DNA from: Burkholderiales bacterium
Lineage (GTDB): Bacteria; Pseudomonadota; Gammaproteobacteria; Burkholderiales; Burkholderiaceae_D
Direction of reading: 5' to 3'
Assembly: GCA_016177875.1 (NCBI GenBank)
Contig: JACOUL010000008.1
Coordinates: 15,432 to 79,431, forward strand
Length of the DNA stretch: 64,000 nucleotides
The position numbers were made by a program, and so were the translations under genes. Each line of letters opens with the position of its first letter. Positions within the stretch are counted from its first letter, which is position 1. Below are positions 63,065-64,000 of the stretch, piece after piece. The notes under the pieces are model-generated. The model did no database searches. It was not told where the DNA came from and worked only from the letters and a program-made list of their open reading frames with translations.

Positions 63065-64000
63065 TTATCGCCGCTTCACGGGTTTTTTAACGGCCTTTGC
63101 CGCGGGTTTGCGCGCGACGACTTTTTTAGCCGGCGCTTTTCGGCTTGCCTGCGGGCGTTGCGGCGCGCGCCGCACTGCCATCACCTTATTCGGCACTTGC
63201 AGTTCCAGTCTTTGTCCTGCGCTCAGCTTGTCATGCTTTAAGTGGTTCCATGCCTTGATTTGATTCGTGCTGACCTTGTAACGGTTCGCAATCGATGCGA
63301 GCGTGTCGCGCTTGCCGACTTTCACATAAATGCGGCGTCTTTCAGGCACGTCGGGCATCACGACCATGGTCGCGTTGTCCGCAACTTCCGGCGCGATGTC
63401 GGTCTCGGCGTTCATGCCGTTCTTCGGCACCAGGATTGTCGAGCCTTGTTTCAACACCATCTTGGGCGGAATGTTATTGATCTCGCGGATTACTTGCGGC
63501 GTAGTGTTGAATCGCTTGGCGATGTTCTCGATTTTTTCACGCGCGTTGGTCACTTTATGAGACGTCCATGAGGAGAGCGCATGTCCCCATTTAGACATGT
63601 TTTCCTTGAACTTCTCCGCGTTGCTCTTGGGTAGAAGGATTTGCGTTTCGCTATTGCCGATAATCACGGGTTTAGTGAATTGCGGATTCAGCGCCTTGAA
63701 TTCATCGACTGATAATTCAGCTAATTGCGCCGCTACCTTGATATCGATGTCGCGTGTTTTGCCGATGGTGACGAAGTAGGGCGCATTGTCGACCTTGGGT
63801 AAGGTCAGGCCATACTGCCCGGGATTCGCGATGATGTTTTTCACCGCTTGGAGTTTCGGCACATAATTTTGCGTTTCCGCCGGCATGTGACGCGACAGCG
63901 AATTGAAGTCGGCGGGCAAGCCGGCCGCGCGATTTTTATTGATGGCGCGCTGCACCGAGCCTTCGCCCCAGTTATACGCCGCCAGCGCCAATTGCCAGTC
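63065..64000 (-). CDS. Membrane-bound lytic murein transglycosylase D-like protein (LysM repeats); partial, N-terminus beyond the window
   Basis: C-terminal LysM-type segments (DTLASIANRYKVSTNQIKAWN; GSTILVP) and a Lys/Ala/Pro-rich tail. The upstream part near the window edge (AYNWGEG) is the SLT-domain end. The ORF is open at position 64000. Confidence 0.7.
   Translation of the reverse strand, partial: DWQLALAAYNWGEGSVQRAINKNRAAGLPADFNSLSRHMPAETQNYVPKLQAVKNIIANPGQYGLTLPKVDNAPYFVTIGKTRDIDIKVAAQLAELSVDEFKALNPQFTKPVIIGNSETQILLPKSNAEKFKENMSKWGHALSSWTSHKVTNAREKIENIAKRFNTTPQVIREINNIPPKMVLKQGSTILVPKNGMNAETDIAPEVADNATMVVMPDVPERRRIYVKVGKRDTLASIANRYKVSTNQIKAWNHLKHDKLSAGQRLELQVPNKVMAVRRAPQRPQASRKAPAKKVVARKPAAKAVKKPVKRR

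Noticed and set aside
1-64000. Mobile elements, CRISPR arrays, rRNA and tRNA genes
   Set aside because: I found no transposase, integrase or recombinase-like ORFs. No inverted-repeat-bounded units were seen. There are no regularly spaced direct repeats of CRISPR type. No intergenic segment has a recognisable tRNA cloverleaf. The only repeats seen are the (ATATCC)4 repeat and the ccoO-ccoQ tandem duplication. A tRNAscan or Infernal pass would be needed to be certain.

Overview
This 64 kb window reads as a chromosomal segment from a Burkholderiales-like betaproteobacterium, densely coded on both strands. I found no rRNA, tRNA, CRISPR array, transposase or integrase.

From start to end it contains:
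- an egtD-egtB-GST ergothioneine operon;
- a divergent GGDEF/GAF pair;
- a sigma-54/PrpR-controlled 2-methylcitrate-cycle cluster (prpB, prpC, acnD, prpF, prpD, prpE), followed by an SDR reductase and a large Pat-type protein acetyltransferase;
- an HPF-like ribosome-hibernation gene;
- a complete cbb3 oxidase cluster (ccoI, ccoS, ccoNOQP, ccoGH plus accessory membrane proteins) with a perfect Fnr/Anr box upstream of ccoN;
- an accessory-looking stretch of small unknown proteins, a secreted non-specific nuclease with a translationally coupled small ORF, a Pro/Tyr/His-rich secreted protein and a glycine-zipper protein;
- prfC, a hemerythrin-like gene behind a hexanucleotide repeat, and a rhodanese;
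- glnA with NtrC sites and a sigma-54 promoter, then a DUF4124 gene, ntrB and ntrC;
- an EamA transporter, a CaCA exchanger and a ceramidase-like membrane protein;
- a CpxP/Spy-like gene divergent from an OmpR/EnvZ-like two-component pair;
- PBP1A, a DEAD-box helicase, fabI, a yejABEF-type peptide ABC importer and a partial mltD.

The most notable system is a SelD / glycosyltransferase / second EgtB-like paralog triad at 51.6-54.9 kb. Its gene content matches the three-gene selenoneine (senC-senB-senA) pathway, and it sits in the same window as egtD, which supplies hercynine.
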